Shown one piece after another: positions 1 to 10,505 of a DNA stretch of 64,000 nt. The DNA comes from Bacteroidota bacterium. Lineage in GTDB: Bacteria > Bacteroidota > Bacteroidia > NS11-12g > UBA955. The notes beneath the pieces are model-generated. The model saw only the letters and a list, made by a program, of their open reading frames with translations. It was not told where the DNA came from and did not search any database. The position numbers and the translations under genes are program-made. The DNA lies in assembly GCA_041192805.1 (NCBI GenBank), contig JBEEMF010000057.1, positions 4,970-68,969 of the forward strand. The letters are read 5' to 3'. Within the stretch, counting starts at the first letter, position 1, and every line of letters starts with the position of its first letter.

Positions 1-1223
1 TGAAAGCGATGGCTTCAGCCAAGGCTGGGAAAAAGGCTTTTCATATCATGGGTTTGTTGAGTGATGGCGGGGTTCATGCGCACATCGAACACATTAAAAA
101 ACTTTGTATCATCGCCCAAGAATATGGGTTAAAGAATATTTATGTACACGCTTTTTTGGATGGTAGAGATACAGATCCGCGTTCTGGATTTGGGTATTTG
201 CAGGATTTACAATCCTCGATTGCGGGTACCAATGCCAAAATTAGCACTGTTGTAGGTCGTTATTATGCCATGGATCGCGATGAGCGCTGGGAAAGAGTGA
301 AAGTATGCTACGATTTGTTGGTTCATGGAACAGGGAAGTTGGCAGGTTCAATCGAGGCCATTCACGACGAATACAATGAAGGAATTACCGATGAGTTTAT
401 GAACCCGCTTCGTTTATTGAAAGGCAATGAAGGATTGGTTGCGGAAAACGATGTTGTAATAAATGCAAATTTTAGGACCGATAGGGGTCGACAAATTACG
501 CGCGCATTGACCCAAGAAGATATCTCTTCTCATGGAATGAAGAAATTGAAGTTGGAGTATTATACCCTTACTCAGTATGATGCGAAGTATAAGATTGCAG
601 GTGTTTTGTTCGAGAACGACAATCTGCAGCAGACTTTGGGAGAGGTGATTTCAATGGCTGGGTTGCGACAGTTGCGTGCAGCGGAAACGGAGAAATATCC
701 CCACGTTACATTTTTCTTTTCAGGCGGTCGCGAGCTTGTGTTTGAAGGCGAGGAGCGATTGATGGCATCATCACCTAAAGTGGCTACCTATGATTTACAG
801 CCCGAAATGAGTGCTATGGAATTGACCGAACGCGCTTTGGAGAAAATGCAGCAAGAGCAGTACGATTTTGTTTGTTTGAATTTTGCCAATGCCGATATGG
901 TGGGTCATACAGGCGTTTATTCTGCCATCATCAAAGCCGTTGAAACGGTGGATGCATGCTTGCAGCGTTTGGTTGAGGTAGGTGAAGAAATGGGGTATGA
1001 ATTTATCATTTTGGCAGATCATGGAAATGCCGATTTTGCTGTGAACGATGATGGAACGCCCAATACTGCGCATACTACAAACCCTGTCCCAGTTTGGTGG
1101 GTAACCCAAGAAAAAGAGCAGGATTTACGCAATGGAATTTTGGCCGATGTTGCGCCTACGATTTTGGAAATGTTGGGCGTTGTTCAGCCTGTGGAAATGA
1201 CGGGTAAGTCGTTAATTGTATAG
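1..1223 (+). CDS. gpmI: 2,3-bisphosphoglycerate-independent phosphoglycerate mutase (5' end lies outside the window)
   Basis: The reading frame is open to the window edge. Motifs HIMGLLSDGGVHAHIEHI and FLDGRDTDP are typical of iPGM. About 100 N-terminal residues are missing. Confidence 0.9.
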   Translation, partial: KAMASAKAGKKAFHIMGLLSDGGVHAHIEHIKKLCIIAQEYGLKNIYVHAFLDGRDTDPRSGFGYLQDLQSSIAGTNAKISTVVGRYYAMDRDERWERVKVCYDLLVHGTGKLAGSIEAIHDEYNEGITDEFMNPLRLLKGNEGLVAENDVVINANFRTDRGRQITRALTQEDISSHGMKKLKLEYYTLTQYDAKYKIAGVLFENDNLQQTLGEVISMAGLRQLRAAETEKYPHVTFFFSGGRELVFEGEERLMASSPKVATYDLQPEMSAMELTERALEKMQQEQYDFVCLNFANADMVGHTGVYSAIIKAVETVDACLQRLVEVGEEMGYEFIILADHGNADFAVNDDGTPNTAHTTNPVPVWWVTQEKEQDLRNGILADVAPTILEMLGVVQPVEMTGKSLIV

Positions 1224-1243
1224 TTGTTAAAAGCATAAAATTC

Positions 1244-1855
1244 ATGAAGTTTTCTCAGGTTTTCCGACAAAATAATATAGTGCGAATATTGGGTTTGATG
1301 TTTGTTTCTGTCGCCTTATTGATTGGCTGCGGAAAGGATTCTCATATAGAAGCGGCGGCGGAACCCGATTCTTTTGTGCGATTTGCGCAAAATGAAATTG
1401 CGTGGTTGCAAAAAGTTCAACCCGGGATGACAAAAACTGTGACGGAAGGGGAGAAGGTAGAAACCGAATCGATCGACACTTTGGACTGGAACAACGAGTT
1501 GGAAGCCATCAGAACGTGGTCGGTGTTTGCGCTATCGAAAAAGTCTAAAACACAACCCGCTTTTGATACTACGATTGATGAATCGGGGCCTTTGAAAATC
1601 GAAAGAATGAATGCCAGGGATACGGCGGCGGAATTGCAGGAGTTGATGGTGACGTATCGAAAAGGGAAAATCGAAATCATGCAGTGGACGGTTATTCAGC
1701 GCAGTTGGTTTATGGACAGGGATTTGAGAATTTCTTTTCAGCCTAGAAAAGGGTATGGAATCCAAGTGAGAGAGAATGCGATTTGGTCGTCTGAAAAATC
1801 CTACGAAATTTACATCGAAATTAATAACAGCGACTTTCTAATCAACGGAAGATGA
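1244..1855 (+). CDS. hypothetical lipoprotein
   Basis: 203-aa ORF with an N-terminal signal peptide ending in the lipobox LLIGC. It has an ATGA stop/start overlap with the downstream aldehyde dehydrogenase. I recognise no family. Confidence 0.6.
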   Translation: MKFSQVFRQNNIVRILGLMFVSVALLIGCGKDSHIEAAAEPDSFVRFAQNEIAWLQKVQPGMTKTVTEGEKVETESIDTLDWNNELEAIRTWSVFALSKKSKTQPAFDTTIDESGPLKIERMNARDTAAELQELMVTYRKGKIEIMQWTVIQRSWFMDRDLRISFQPRKGYGIQVRENAIWSSEKSYEIYIEINNSDFLINGR

Positions 1856-3285
1856 ACATATTAAATTACATCAATGGGGAGATGAAAGCGGCCAACAATG
1901 GGTCGGTTTTGGATAATTATAACCCCGCTACGGGAAGTGTTTATGGCAACATTCCTAACTCAGATGCGTCTGATGTGGCGGATGCTTACGAAGCGGCGGC
2001 ATTGGCTTTTCCATCGTGGAGTAACACCCCTGCTGAAGAACGATTTAAGATTTTGAATGCTATCGCCGAAGGGATAGATAGTTTGCGTGATACGCTGGCG
2101 ATGGCCGAGAGCAACGACCAGGGGAAACCTTTGTGGTTGGCCAAGAATGAGATGATTCGTGCGGGGCAGAATTTTAGATTTTTTGCAACGGCGGCGATGC
2201 AGTTTTCCAGTGAAAGTCATGCCATGGAAAACAAGGCCATCAATTACACTTTGCGCACTCCGATTGGCGTTGTGGGATGTATTAGTCCTTGGAATTTGCC
2301 CTTGTATTTGTTCACTTGGAAAATCGCTCCGGCCTTGGCTGCGGGGAATTGTGTGGTGGCCAAACCGAGTGAATTTACACCTGTTACGGCGGCGATGTTG
2401 GGCGAAATTTGTACGTCGGCTGGTTTGCCAAATGGCGTGTTGAATATCGTGAATGGGTTGGGTGGTAGCGTAGGCCAAGCCATCGTAGAGCATCCAAAAA
2501 TCAAGGCGATTTCGTTTACGGGTGGCACGGTGACGGGAAAGCATATTTCAAGTGTTGCAGGACCCATGTTTAAGAAGGTGAGCTTGGAATTGGGCGGCAA
2601 AAATCCGAATATCATTTTTGCTGATGCCGAAATGGACAAGGCGATTAAGACAACGGTGAATAGTTCATTCATGAATCAGGGCGAAATTTGTTTGTGTGGA
2701 AGTCGTGTTTTTGTAGAGCGCAGCGCATACGAAAGTGTGAAATCGGCGTTGGTTGCTGAGGTGTTGAAGATGAAGGTGGGCGATCCATTGCATGCGGATA
2801 CCCGCGTGGGAGCCATCGTGTCGAAACCCCATTTTGAAAAGGTTTTGGGATATATCGAATTGGCAAAAAGTGAGGGAGCAACAGTTTTGTGTGGTGGTGG
2901 AGCCCTGCAGCCGGAGGGTTTTGAGGGCGGTTATTATATCGCACCAACCATTTTGGAAGGGTTGTCGTTTGATGCGCGATGCAATATGGAAGAGATTTTT
3001 GGCCCGGTAATTACGATCACGCCGTTTGATACGGTGGAAGAGGTTTTGATGATGGCGAATGCAACAGAATACGGGTTGGCAGCCACGGTTTGGACGCAGC
3101 ATCTCACGCGTGCTCATCAAGTGGCGGCGCAGTTACAGATGGGTATCGTATGGATCAATTGCTGGTTGCTTAGGGACTTGCGGACGCCTTTTGGTGGGGT
3201 GAAAAGCAGCGGCGTAGGCAGAGAGGGTGGATTGGAGGCGATGCGATTCTTTACTGAGGTGAAGAATGTTTGCGTTGCGTTGTAG
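1852..3285 (+). CDS. NAD(P)-dependent aldehyde dehydrogenase
   Basis: 477 aa. The ELGGKNP motif and the catalytic-Cys motif FMNQGEICLCGSR belong to the aldehyde dehydrogenase superfamily. Confidence 0.85.
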   Translation: MNILNYINGEMKAANNGSVLDNYNPATGSVYGNIPNSDASDVADAYEAAALAFPSWSNTPAEERFKILNAIAEGIDSLRDTLAMAESNDQGKPLWLAKNEMIRAGQNFRFFATAAMQFSSESHAMENKAINYTLRTPIGVVGCISPWNLPLYLFTWKIAPALAAGNCVVAKPSEFTPVTAAMLGEICTSAGLPNGVLNIVNGLGGSVGQAIVEHPKIKAISFTGGTVTGKHISSVAGPMFKKVSLELGGKNPNIIFADAEMDKAIKTTVNSSFMNQGEICLCGSRVFVERSAYESVKSALVAEVLKMKVGDPLHADTRVGAIVSKPHFEKVLGYIELAKSEGATVLCGGGALQPEGFEGGYYIAPTILEGLSFDARCNMEEIFGPVITITPFDTVEEVLMMANATEYGLAATVWTQHLTRAHQVAAQLQMGIVWINCWLLRDLRTPFGGVKSSGVGREGGLEAMRFFTEVKNVCVAL

Positions 3286-3289
3286 TGCG

Positions 3290-3297
3290 TATCTTTG
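3290..3297 (+). promoter_or_regulatory. -7 box TATCTTTG, 4 nt before thiL ATG
   Basis: TAnnTTTG match. Spacer taaa, then ATG 3302. Confidence 0.5.
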
Positions 3298-3301
3298 TAA
3301 A

Positions 3302-4339
3302 ATGTTTGATAACAGTGAGCGTACAGAGATTGGTGCGATGGGCGAATTTGGACTCATTCAGCATCTTTCACAGCATTTTGAGGTAAAAAATTCTAAGACC
3401 GTTAAAGGGATTGGCGATGATTGTGCTGTAATCGATTGCGGGGATCATTTTGGTTTGCTGACCACCGATTTGCTGTTGGAAGGCGTGCATTTTGATTTGA
3501 GTTTTCACCCTCTAAAACACTTGGGTTATAAGGCGATTTCGGTTGCTATTAGCGATGTCTATGCGATGAATGGCATGGCTGATCAGGTGGTGGTTGGATT
3601 GGGATTGAGTAATCGGTTTTCTTTGGAGGCGGTGGAGGAGTTGTATGCGGGAATGCAAATCGCTTGCGAGCATTTTGGGGTTGATTTGGTGGGTGGCGAC
3701 ACAACTACGTCTCAAAGCGGTTTGGTGATATCTATGTCGGCCTATGGCCGCGTAGCAAAAGATAAAATCGTATATCGCGGCGGCGCCCAAGTGGGTGATT
3801 TGTTGGTGGTCAGCGGTGATTTGGGTGGTGCTTATATGGGTTTGCAAATTTTGGAAAGAGAGAAACGCGTTTTCTTGGAAGTGCCGAACATGCAGCCAGA
3901 TTTGGAGCAGTACGATTATATCGTGGGCCGACAGCTGAAAGCGGAGGCCCGCAAAGACGTCGTTGAATTATTGAAGATTTTGGATGTCAAGCCCACAAGT
4001 ATGATTGATGTGAGCGATGGCGTAGCGTCTGAATTGCATCATCTTGGAAAGGCTAGCGGATGCGGATTTCATATTTACGAGGAGAAATTACCCATTGACT
4101 CGCAGACAATTGATACCGCGTTGTCGTTTGATTTGAATCCGAGTATCGTGGCGCTGAATGGTGGAGAAGACTATGAATTGCTTTTCACCGTGGGTCAGAC
4201 GGATTATGAAAAAATCAAAACGATGCCCGATTTTACAGTGATTGGCTATGCTACCGATGTGACATCTAAGAATATGTTACGCACGAAATCCGACAACCAA
4301 TTTGAAATAAAAGCCCAAGGTTGGCCCGATTCGCAATAA
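3302..4339 (+). CDS. thiL: thiamine-monophosphate kinase
   Basis: PurM/AIR-synthase-like motifs GEFGLIQHL, GIGDDCAVI and VGGDTT. Start set at ATG 3302, which has a TATCTTTG box 4 nt upstream. The longest ORF begins at 3266. Confidence 0.8.
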   Translation: MFDNSERTEIGAMGEFGLIQHLSQHFEVKNSKTVKGIGDDCAVIDCGDHFGLLTTDLLLEGVHFDLSFHPLKHLGYKAISVAISDVYAMNGMADQVVVGLGLSNRFSLEAVEELYAGMQIACEHFGVDLVGGDTTTSQSGLVISMSAYGRVAKDKIVYRGGAQVGDLLVVSGDLGGAYMGLQILEREKRVFLEVPNMQPDLEQYDYIVGRQLKAEARKDVVELLKILDVKPTSMIDVSDGVASELHHLGKASGCGFHIYEEKLPIDSQTIDTALSFDLNPSIVALNGGEDYELLFTVGQTDYEKIKTMPDFTVIGYATDVTSKNMLRTKSDNQFEIKAQGWPDSQ

Positions 4340-4388
4340 GATAATTTTCTTTGGCATTTTTCACCACGGGATTTCGTTTCGGAGGTCG

Positions 4389-4396
4389 TATTTTTG
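4389..4396 (+). promoter_or_regulatory. -7 box TATTTTTG, 5 nt before aspS ATG
   Basis: TAnnTTTG match. Spacer cattt, then ATG 4402. Confidence 0.5.
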
Positions 4397-4401
4397 CATT
4401 T

Positions 4402-6153
4402 ATGTTTCGTTCGCATACTTGTGGTGAATTGCGTATTTCGCACGTTGGTAATACTGTCACCCTTTCGGGTTGGGTAGCTAAAATCCGTTTGATGGGTTCA
4501 ATGGCCTTCGTTGATTTGCGCGATCGCTATGGCATTACTCAGTTGTCGTTTAACGAAGCTTATAGCCCGGAAATGTTGGCAAAAGCCGGTGAGTTGGGTC
4601 GTGAATATGTGATCCAAGTAATAGGCCAGGTTGCTGAGCGGGAGTCAAAGAATAAACAAATCTCCACCGGGGAAATTGAAATTGTAGTTTCAGAATTGAA
4701 GGTGCTAAATCAAGCGAAGACACCCCCATTTACCATAGAGAATGAAACGGATGGCGGCGATGATATTCGCATGCAGTATCGTTATTTGGATTTGCGGAGA
4801 GATATTGTTCGCGCGAATTTGGAAATGCGACATCATTTGGCGCAAAAGATTCGTAATTATTTGAGTAATAATGATTTTTTGGAGGTTGAAACGCCCGTAT
4901 TGATTAAAAGCACACCCGAAGGAGCCCGCGATTTTGTGGTTCCATCTCGTTTGAATCCAGGTCAATGGTACGCGTTGCCTCAGAGTCCTCAGACATTCAA
5001 ACAATTGCTGATGGTGAGTGGATTTGATAAGTATTTTCAGATCGTAAAGTGTTTTAGGGATGAGGATTTGCGTGCGGACCGACAGCCGGAGTTTACACAG
5101 ATCGATTGTGAAATGAGCTTTGTGGAGCGTGAGGATATTTTAAGCACATTTGAAGGATTGGCAAAGCATTTATTTGCCGAGGTGAAAGGGGTGTATTTTG
5201 ATTCCTTCCCCCGTATGACCTATGCTGATGCGATGCGCTTGTATGGTTGCGATAAGCCCGATATCCGATTCGATATGCAGTTTGTGGAGTTGAAATCCCC
5301 TGAGTCTGCAGTGGATTTGGTGAGCGGTAAAGATTTTGTAGTGTTTGATTCTGTTGATTCAGTGATTGGCATTTGTGCCAAAGGTGCGGGATCATATACA
5401 AGGAAACAATTGGATGGTCTTACAGATTTTGTAAAACGACCACAAATTGGAGCCAAAGGTTTGGTTTATTGCAGAATTGAAGCTGATGGCTCAGCCAAGA
5501 GTTCTGTCGACAAGTTTTATGATGCCGAGGCTTTGACCGCATGGAAAGATGCCTTTGGTGCCGAACCTGGTGATTTGATTTTGTTGTTGGCAGGCGAGAT
5601 GAATAAAACACGCAAGCAATTGAATGAGTTGCGTTTGTTGATGGGGAGCGAATTGGGTTTAAGAGATTCATTTAATTATAAGCCACTATGGGTGTTGGAT
5701 TTTCCTTTGTTGGAGCACGACGAGGAAAGCGGACGTTGGCATGCAATGCACCATCCATTTACAAGTCCTTTGCCAGAGGATTTGGAATTGATGCATACAG
5801 ATCCAGGTGCAGTAAGAGCCAATGCTTACGATATGGTTATTAATGGAGTTGAAGTGGGCGGTGGTTCAATCCGTATTTTTGATAGAGGATTGCAGTCGCG
5901 CATGTTTGATTTACTCGGATTTACCAAGGAAGAAGCCCAGTCGCAGTTCGGATTTTTGATGAATGCCTTTGAATATGGAGCGCCTCCGCACGGTGGAATT
6001 GCATTGGGATTTGATCGTTTGTGCAGTTTGTTCGGCGGTTCAGAAAGCATCCGCGATTACATAGCATTCCCTAAAAATAACAGCGGAAGAGATGTGATGA
6101 TTGATGCACCGAGTGAGATTGATGCCAAACAGCGCAAAGAATTAGGGCTTTAA
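4402..6153 (+). CDS. aspS: aspartate--tRNA ligase
   Basis: Class IIb aaRS motifs [25 protein letters not shown] and GIALGFDRL. Start set at ATG 4402 ([11 protein letters not shown]), which has a TATTTTTG box 5 nt upstream. The longest ORF begins at 4351. Confidence 0.92.
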   Translation: MFRSHTCGELRISHVGNTVTLSGWVAKIRLMGSMAFVDLRDRYGITQLSFNEAYSPEMLAKAGELGREYVIQVIGQVAERESKNKQISTGEIEIVVSELKVLNQAKTPPFTIENETDGGDDIRMQYRYLDLRRDIVRANLEMRHHLAQKIRNYLSNNDFLEVETPVLIKSTPEGARDFVVPSRLNPGQWYALPQSPQTFKQLLMVSGFDKYFQIVKCFRDEDLRADRQPEFTQIDCEMSFVEREDILSTFEGLAKHLFAEVKGVYFDSFPRMTYADAMRLYGCDKPDIRFDMQFVELKSPESAVDLVSGKDFVVFDSVDSVIGICAKGAGSYTRKQLDGLTDFVKRPQIGAKGLVYCRIEADGSAKSSVDKFYDAEALTAWKDAFGAEPGDLILLLAGEMNKTRKQLNELRLLMGSELGLRDSFNYKPLWVLDFPLLEHDEESGRWHAMHHPFTSPLPEDLELMHTDPGAVRANAYDMVINGVEVGGGSIRIFDRGLQSRMFDLLGFTKEEAQSQFGFLMNAFEYGAPPHGGIALGFDRLCSLFGGSESIRDYIAFPKNNSGRDVMIDAPSEIDAKQRKELGL

Positions 6154-6235
6154 TGGCCCAGGATTGATTTTACCGCGGATGGAGTTGAAATCTTAAATTC
6201 CGTGAACCGTTATTCCGGCGGATAAATTTGGAATA

Positions 6236-6613
6236 TTAATTACTCAGAATCGACATTACATGTGGGCCAAAGATGTAGAGCCCAACAATGATTGCTATAA
6301 TGCTAGCGGCAAGGGTTGCGCCGGCAGCCATATCTTTTGCACGACCAATCATGGGATGCTGATCTGGGTGAAGTACATCAATGGTGGTTTCTAAGGCGGT
6401 GTTGAGGCCTTCGGATACAAAAATTAATCCCATCACACACCATAAAATTGCCCATTCGAAACGGTTTAGGTGTTCGCCAAAATAATCAAGGCTGTAGCCA
6501 ACAATCACAACAATTACGGATACAATTCCCATGATTTGGAAATTGCGCTCAGTGCGGAGCAGAGTGATTAGCCCGTTTAATGCGAAACGCATGGATTGAT
6601 GAAACTTAGGCAT
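6236..6613 (-). CDS. dgkA: diacylglycerol kinase family protein (DgkA / undecaprenol kinase type)
   Basis: 125-aa protein with three transmembrane helices. The ERNFQI ... SEGLNTALETTIDVLHPDQHP ... AKDMAAGA pattern is typical of prokaryotic DgkA. Confidence 0.8.
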   Translation of the reverse strand: MPKFHQSMRFALNGLITLLRTERNFQIMGIVSVIVVIVGYSLDYFGEHLNRFEWAILWCVMGLIFVSEGLNTALETTIDVLHPDQHPMIGRAKDMAAGATLAASIIAIIVGLYIFGPHVMSILSN

Positions 6614-6643
6614 GCAGTTCCGTTATAAACTTAGAAGGGGGTA

Positions 6644-8092
6644 TTAGAAAGTGTTGATTTTGATTCTCTTCTCGATTTCCTCCACGTCGTGACGGAATTT
6701 TTTATCGGTTTCGATCAAATCGTTTACTGTCTGACAAGCGTGAATCACCGTTGAGTGATCGCGGCCACCAAAGAAAATACCGATGTTCTTCAAAGAAGCT
6801 TTTGTAAGGTCCTTGGTGAAATACATGGCAATCTGACGGGCTTGAACGATTTCGCGTTTACGAGTCTTAGATTTTACAGCCTCTACAGGGATGTTGTAGA
6901 AGTCGCAAACCAATTTCTGAATGTAATCGATGCTGATTTCGCGGGTTGAATTTTTTACAAAATTCTTCACAATTTGCTTGGCAAGGTTCAAATCCAACTG
7001 TTTACGGGTAAGGCTGGCTTGTGCCAATAAAGAAATCAAAGCACCTTCAAGCTCACGCACGTTGGTATCGATGTTGTGGGCCAAATATTCTACCACGTCG
7101 CGATTTAGCGTAATACCATCTTGGTACATTTTGTTTTCCAGGATAGAAACGCGGGTATCGAAGTCAGGCGTATTCAAATCAGCACTTAAGCCCCATTTGA
7201 AGCGCGACAACAAACGCTCGTCCATATTTTTCAAATCCTTTGGCGCACGGTCACAAGCAAGTATGATTTGTTTGCCGTTTTGGTGAAGGTGGTTGAAAAT
7301 CTGAAAGAATATTTCTTGGGTACGTTCTTTTTTGGCGAAGAATTGAACATCGTCTACAATTAATACATCTAGGTATTGGTAGAAATTGATGAACTGGTTG
7401 TTATTTCCTTGCTTGGCAGAATCGATGAATTGGTTGATGAATTTCTCAGCGCTAACAAAAACCACAACTTTTTGCTGGTGTGTTTGCTTGATGAGGTTAC
7501 CAATAGCATGAGTCAAATGAGTTTTGCCCAATCCGCATCCACCAAAAACCATAAGGGGGTTAAATGCAGTTCCACCCGGCTTTTGCGCGATGGCCAAACC
7601 GGCATTTCTCGCCAATTTGTTGCAATCACCTTCCACGAAATTGTCGAACGTGTAACGGGGATTCAACTGACTGTCGATATTCATGCGCTTCAAACCAGGA
7701 ATGATGAACGGATTCTTGATGGGTGTATCCAAGTTGATTGGCATACTCAATTCGTTATGCACTGATTTTGTGCTATTGCTTCCTGTTGGAAGGTTAATGG
7801 TGTAAGGCGTAGTGTCGTGACCCGGGGCAGAGGTTTCCACGATGATATTGTATTCCAACTTGGCGGTTGGACCAATGACTTTTTTAAGCGTTTTGTGAAG
7901 CAGTTGCACGTAATGTTCTTCTAACCATTCGTAAAAGAATTGGCTAGGGACTTGGATCGTAAGCACCTTGTTGGTTAAACGGATGGCTTTGATTGGCTCA
8001 AACCACGTTTTGTAGCTCTGAGGCGTTACATTGTCTTTGATGATTGTAAGGCATTCTTGCCAAGAAACTTCATGTGCCTTTTTGTCCGTCAT
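6644..8092 (-). CDS. dnaA: chromosomal replication initiator protein DnaA
   Basis: 482 aa. AAA+ Walker A GGCGLGKTHL, Walker B LIVDDVQF, and a C-terminal DnaA-box-binding domain (GGRDHSTVIHA). Confidence 0.95.
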   Translation of the reverse strand: MTDKKAHEVSWQECLTIIKDNVTPQSYKTWFEPIKAIRLTNKVLTIQVPSQFFYEWLEEHYVQLLHKTLKKVIGPTAKLEYNIIVETSAPGHDTTPYTINLPTGSNSTKSVHNELSMPINLDTPIKNPFIIPGLKRMNIDSQLNPRYTFDNFVEGDCNKLARNAGLAIAQKPGGTAFNPLMVFGGCGLGKTHLTHAIGNLIKQTHQQKVVVFVSAEKFINQFIDSAKQGNNNQFINFYQYLDVLIVDDVQFFAKKERTQEIFFQIFNHLHQNGKQIILACDRAPKDLKNMDERLLSRFKWGLSADLNTPDFDTRVSILENKMYQDGITLNRDVVEYLAHNIDTNVRELEGALISLLAQASLTRKQLDLNLAKQIVKNFVKNSTREISIDYIQKLVCDFYNIPVEAVKSKTRKREIVQARQIAMYFTKDLTKASLKNIGIFFGGRDHSTVIHACQTVNDLIETDKKFRHDVEEIEKRIKINTF

Positions 8093-8284
8093 TTTTTTTC
8101 GCTTCGATAATGTGTTTAACTAATGATAATTTACTGAGTTTGTAATTCAAAGTTCTGCTCCACTTTTGAACTAGAGTGCTAAGAAAATAACAAAATTCAC
8201 AAACTGCTAATTTTTTTTGCTTGTTTTTTAATTTTCTTTAGTAAGGTACTAAATGGTATGTAAAATACACGTTACAACAATTAC

Positions 8285-9844
8285 TTATTCTTGGTACTCT
8301 CCAAACCTATTTCGCAGTATATCAGCAATTTCTCCCAATGTGGCATATGACTCTACACAGTCCAAAATATGGGGCATCAAGTTGGTTCCTGTACCACTTG
8401 CATCGTGTAGATTCTTGATAGCCGACGAAAAAATTTCATCATTTCGAGTTGCTTTAACTTGGGCGATTTTTTCGCTTTGTTGAACCCGAATACTATCGTT
8501 TATTTTGAAGGATGGCATCGATTCTGTTTCATCAGAAGTAAAAGCATTTACACCCACCAAAATTTGCTCACCATTTTCGATTGATTTTTGTGCTTCGTAA
8601 CTGCTTCTGGCAATTTGCTCTTGCATCCATCCCGCTTCAACGGCAGCAACAGAACCACCCATCTCGTCGATGAGTTTTATCAATTTCATCGCTTCCGCTT
8701 CTAGCGTATCTGTTAGGTGTTCCACGTAATACGAACCTGCCAAAGGATCCACAGTGCTGGTTACTCCGCTTTCATGGGCAATAATTTGTTGCGTACGTAA
8801 GGCAATTCTTGCCGCTTTTTCCGTTGGTAAGTTTAACGCTTCATCGTAACCGTTGGTATGAAGACTCTGTGTGCCGCCTAAAACAGCGCTCAAGGCCTGA
8901 ATCGTAACACGGGCGATGTTGTTCTCCGGTTGTTGGGCGGTGAGTGTAGATCCACCGGTTTGGGTATGGAAACGCAGCATCATGGCATCGGGGTTGGTTG
9001 CGCCCATGCTTTTCATGATGTTGGCCCAAATTCTTCGCGCGGCCCTAAATTTGGCTGCTTCTTCAAAGAAATCGTTGTGTGCGTTAAAGAAGAAACTCAA
9101 TCGTTTGCCAAACACGTTCACGTCTAGCCCTTTTTTCTTGGCTGCTTCCACGTAGGCTTTTCCGTTGGCCAATGTGAAAGCGAGTTCTTGGACGGCGGTA
9201 GATCCAGCTTCGCGAATATGGTACCCACTGATAGAAATGGTATTCCAGCGCGGAAGTTCTTGGCTGCACCATTCAAAAATATCGGTAATCAAACGCATAC
9301 TTGGTCTTACGGGATAGATGTAAGTACCTCTGGCGGCGTATTCTTTTAATATATCGTTTTGGATTGTCCCACCAATTTTGCTCAAATCTGCTCCTTGTTT
9401 TTTTGCCAAAGCGACATACATCGCAAGTAGTGTTGAAGCGGTTGAGTTGATGGTCATACTGGTGGTGACATCTTGCAATTGGATTCCTTTGAATAGGGTC
9501 TCCATATCAGATAGCGAATCGATGGCCACGCCTACTTTTCCGACTTCGCCTTCGCTCATTGCATGGTCTGAATCGTAACCAATTTGTGTGGGGAGGTCAA
9601 AGGCTACGGAAAGTCCAGTAGTTCCTTGGTTGAGCAGGTAGTGATATCTTTCGTTTGATGCTTCGGCGGTAGAGAATCCGGCGTACTGACGCATCGTCCA
9701 GAGTCGGCCGCGATACATATCTGCCTTTACACCTCTAGTATAGGGAAATTGACCGGGTTGCTCCGAAGCGGTTGATTTTGTTTCATTGGGACCGTAAACC
9801 ACATCGATGGGCAGGCCGCTATTGTTCTTTTTTTCGGTTGACAT
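8285..9844 (-). CDS. methylmalonyl-CoA mutase family protein, catalytic (substrate-binding barrel) part only
   Basis: 519 aa. Motifs [24 protein letters not shown] and [19 protein letters not shown] are present. The ORF has no C-terminal B12-binding domain. Confidence 0.85.
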   Translation of the reverse strand: MSTEKKNNSGLPIDVVYGPNETKSTASEQPGQFPYTRGVKADMYRGRLWTMRQYAGFSTAEASNERYHYLLNQGTTGLSVAFDLPTQIGYDSDHAMSEGEVGKVGVAIDSLSDMETLFKGIQLQDVTTSMTINSTASTLLAMYVALAKKQGADLSKIGGTIQNDILKEYAARGTYIYPVRPSMRLITDIFEWCSQELPRWNTISISGYHIREAGSTAVQELAFTLANGKAYVEAAKKKGLDVNVFGKRLSFFFNAHNDFFEEAAKFRAARRIWANIMKSMGATNPDAMMLRFHTQTGGSTLTAQQPENNIARVTIQALSAVLGGTQSLHTNGYDEALNLPTEKAARIALRTQQIIAHESGVTSTVDPLAGSYYVEHLTDTLEAEAMKLIKLIDEMGGSVAAVEAGWMQEQIARSSYEAQKSIENGEQILVGVNAFTSDETESMPSFKINDSIRVQQSEKIAQVKATRNDEIFSSAIKNLHDASGTGTNLMPHILDCVESYATLGEIADILRNRFGEYQE

Positions 9845-9858
9845 GCTGCGCGATGGGA

Positions 9859-10434
9859 TTATTGACCTAGCGTTAAGGCGATTTCATTTTTCATAAATTC
9901 CAGTCCGCGATCTTGGGGTTGCACTTCCATGGATTGGAGGAATTCGATGAGTTTTTGACATAAATCGGCGGCGGAGGCTTCGGGTGGCAGGGATGCGGTA
10001 ATGTTTTGCAATAATTGCAGGTGTTGTTCCTTGATGGCTTTTGTAAGGGTCCACATTTGAGAACTCACATAGATTTGCTGCGATACATTATAGTTGTATT
10101 CTTCTTTGATGGCGTGCGTGGCGGCCGCGGCGAAGCCGCGGGCCGTTTGACCTGCCTCTGCATAGGTTTGGATCAAAACAGGAATGCTGGTTCTCTCTAA
10201 AAACAATGCCAACCGCTCGTAAGCCTGCAATTTCAAAGGAGTGAAACTCTGATGATTGGTTTTTAATACTTCCGTCTTTATCAACTGTAAACTGTTCGAT
10301 ACATGCTGTTTCATCATGTATTGGGCTGTGAAAAATACCAACAACGCCGGCAATACAATCAAGCAAAGAATAAAAATCATATCCGTTCCGGCAGGGAATA
10401 TCGCCATCGGGGAAATCATCGTAAGTGTATCCAT
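9859..10434 (-). CDS. hypothetical membrane-anchored protein
   Basis: ORF with one N-terminal transmembrane helix, lying 14 nt upstream of the mutase gene. Start set at ATG 10434 because TATCTTTG lies 4 nt upstream on the minus strand. The longest ORF begins at 10449. Confidence 0.55.
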   Translation of the reverse strand: MDTLTMISPMAIFPAGTDMIFILCLIVLPALLVFFTAQYMMKQHVSNSLQLIKTEVLKTNHQSFTPLKLQAYERLALFLERTSIPVLIQTYAEAGQTARGFAAAATHAIKEEYNYNVSQQIYVSSQMWTLTKAIKEQHLQLLQNITASLPPEASAADLCQKLIEFLQSMEVQPQDRGLEFMKNEIALTLGQ

Positions 10435-10438
10435 TGGG

Positions 10439-10446
10439 CAAAGATA
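10439..10446 (-). promoter_or_regulatory. -7 box TATCTTTG, 4 nt before ATG 10434
   Basis: The plus strand reads caaagata. On the minus strand this gives TATCTTTG-ccca-ATG. Confidence 0.5.
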
Positions 10447-10492
10447 CAACCCGTTCGTCGAGAAGTTTATGCAGAATCCTTTCCGATTGTCT

Positions 10493-10500
10493 TAAATTTG
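10493..10500 (+). promoter_or_regulatory. -7 box TAAATTTG, 5 nt before ATG 10506 (IscA/ErpA-like)
   Basis: TAnnTTTG match. Spacer tattt. Confidence 0.5.
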
Positions 10501-10505
10501 TATTT

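Noticed and set aside
1960-3120. Several antisense or alternative-frame ORFs lie within the aldehyde dehydrogenase gene (1960-2544, 2244-2672, 2665-3120).
   Set aside because: They are embedded in a full-length aldehyde dehydrogenase frame with intact catalytic motifs. They are shadow ORFs.
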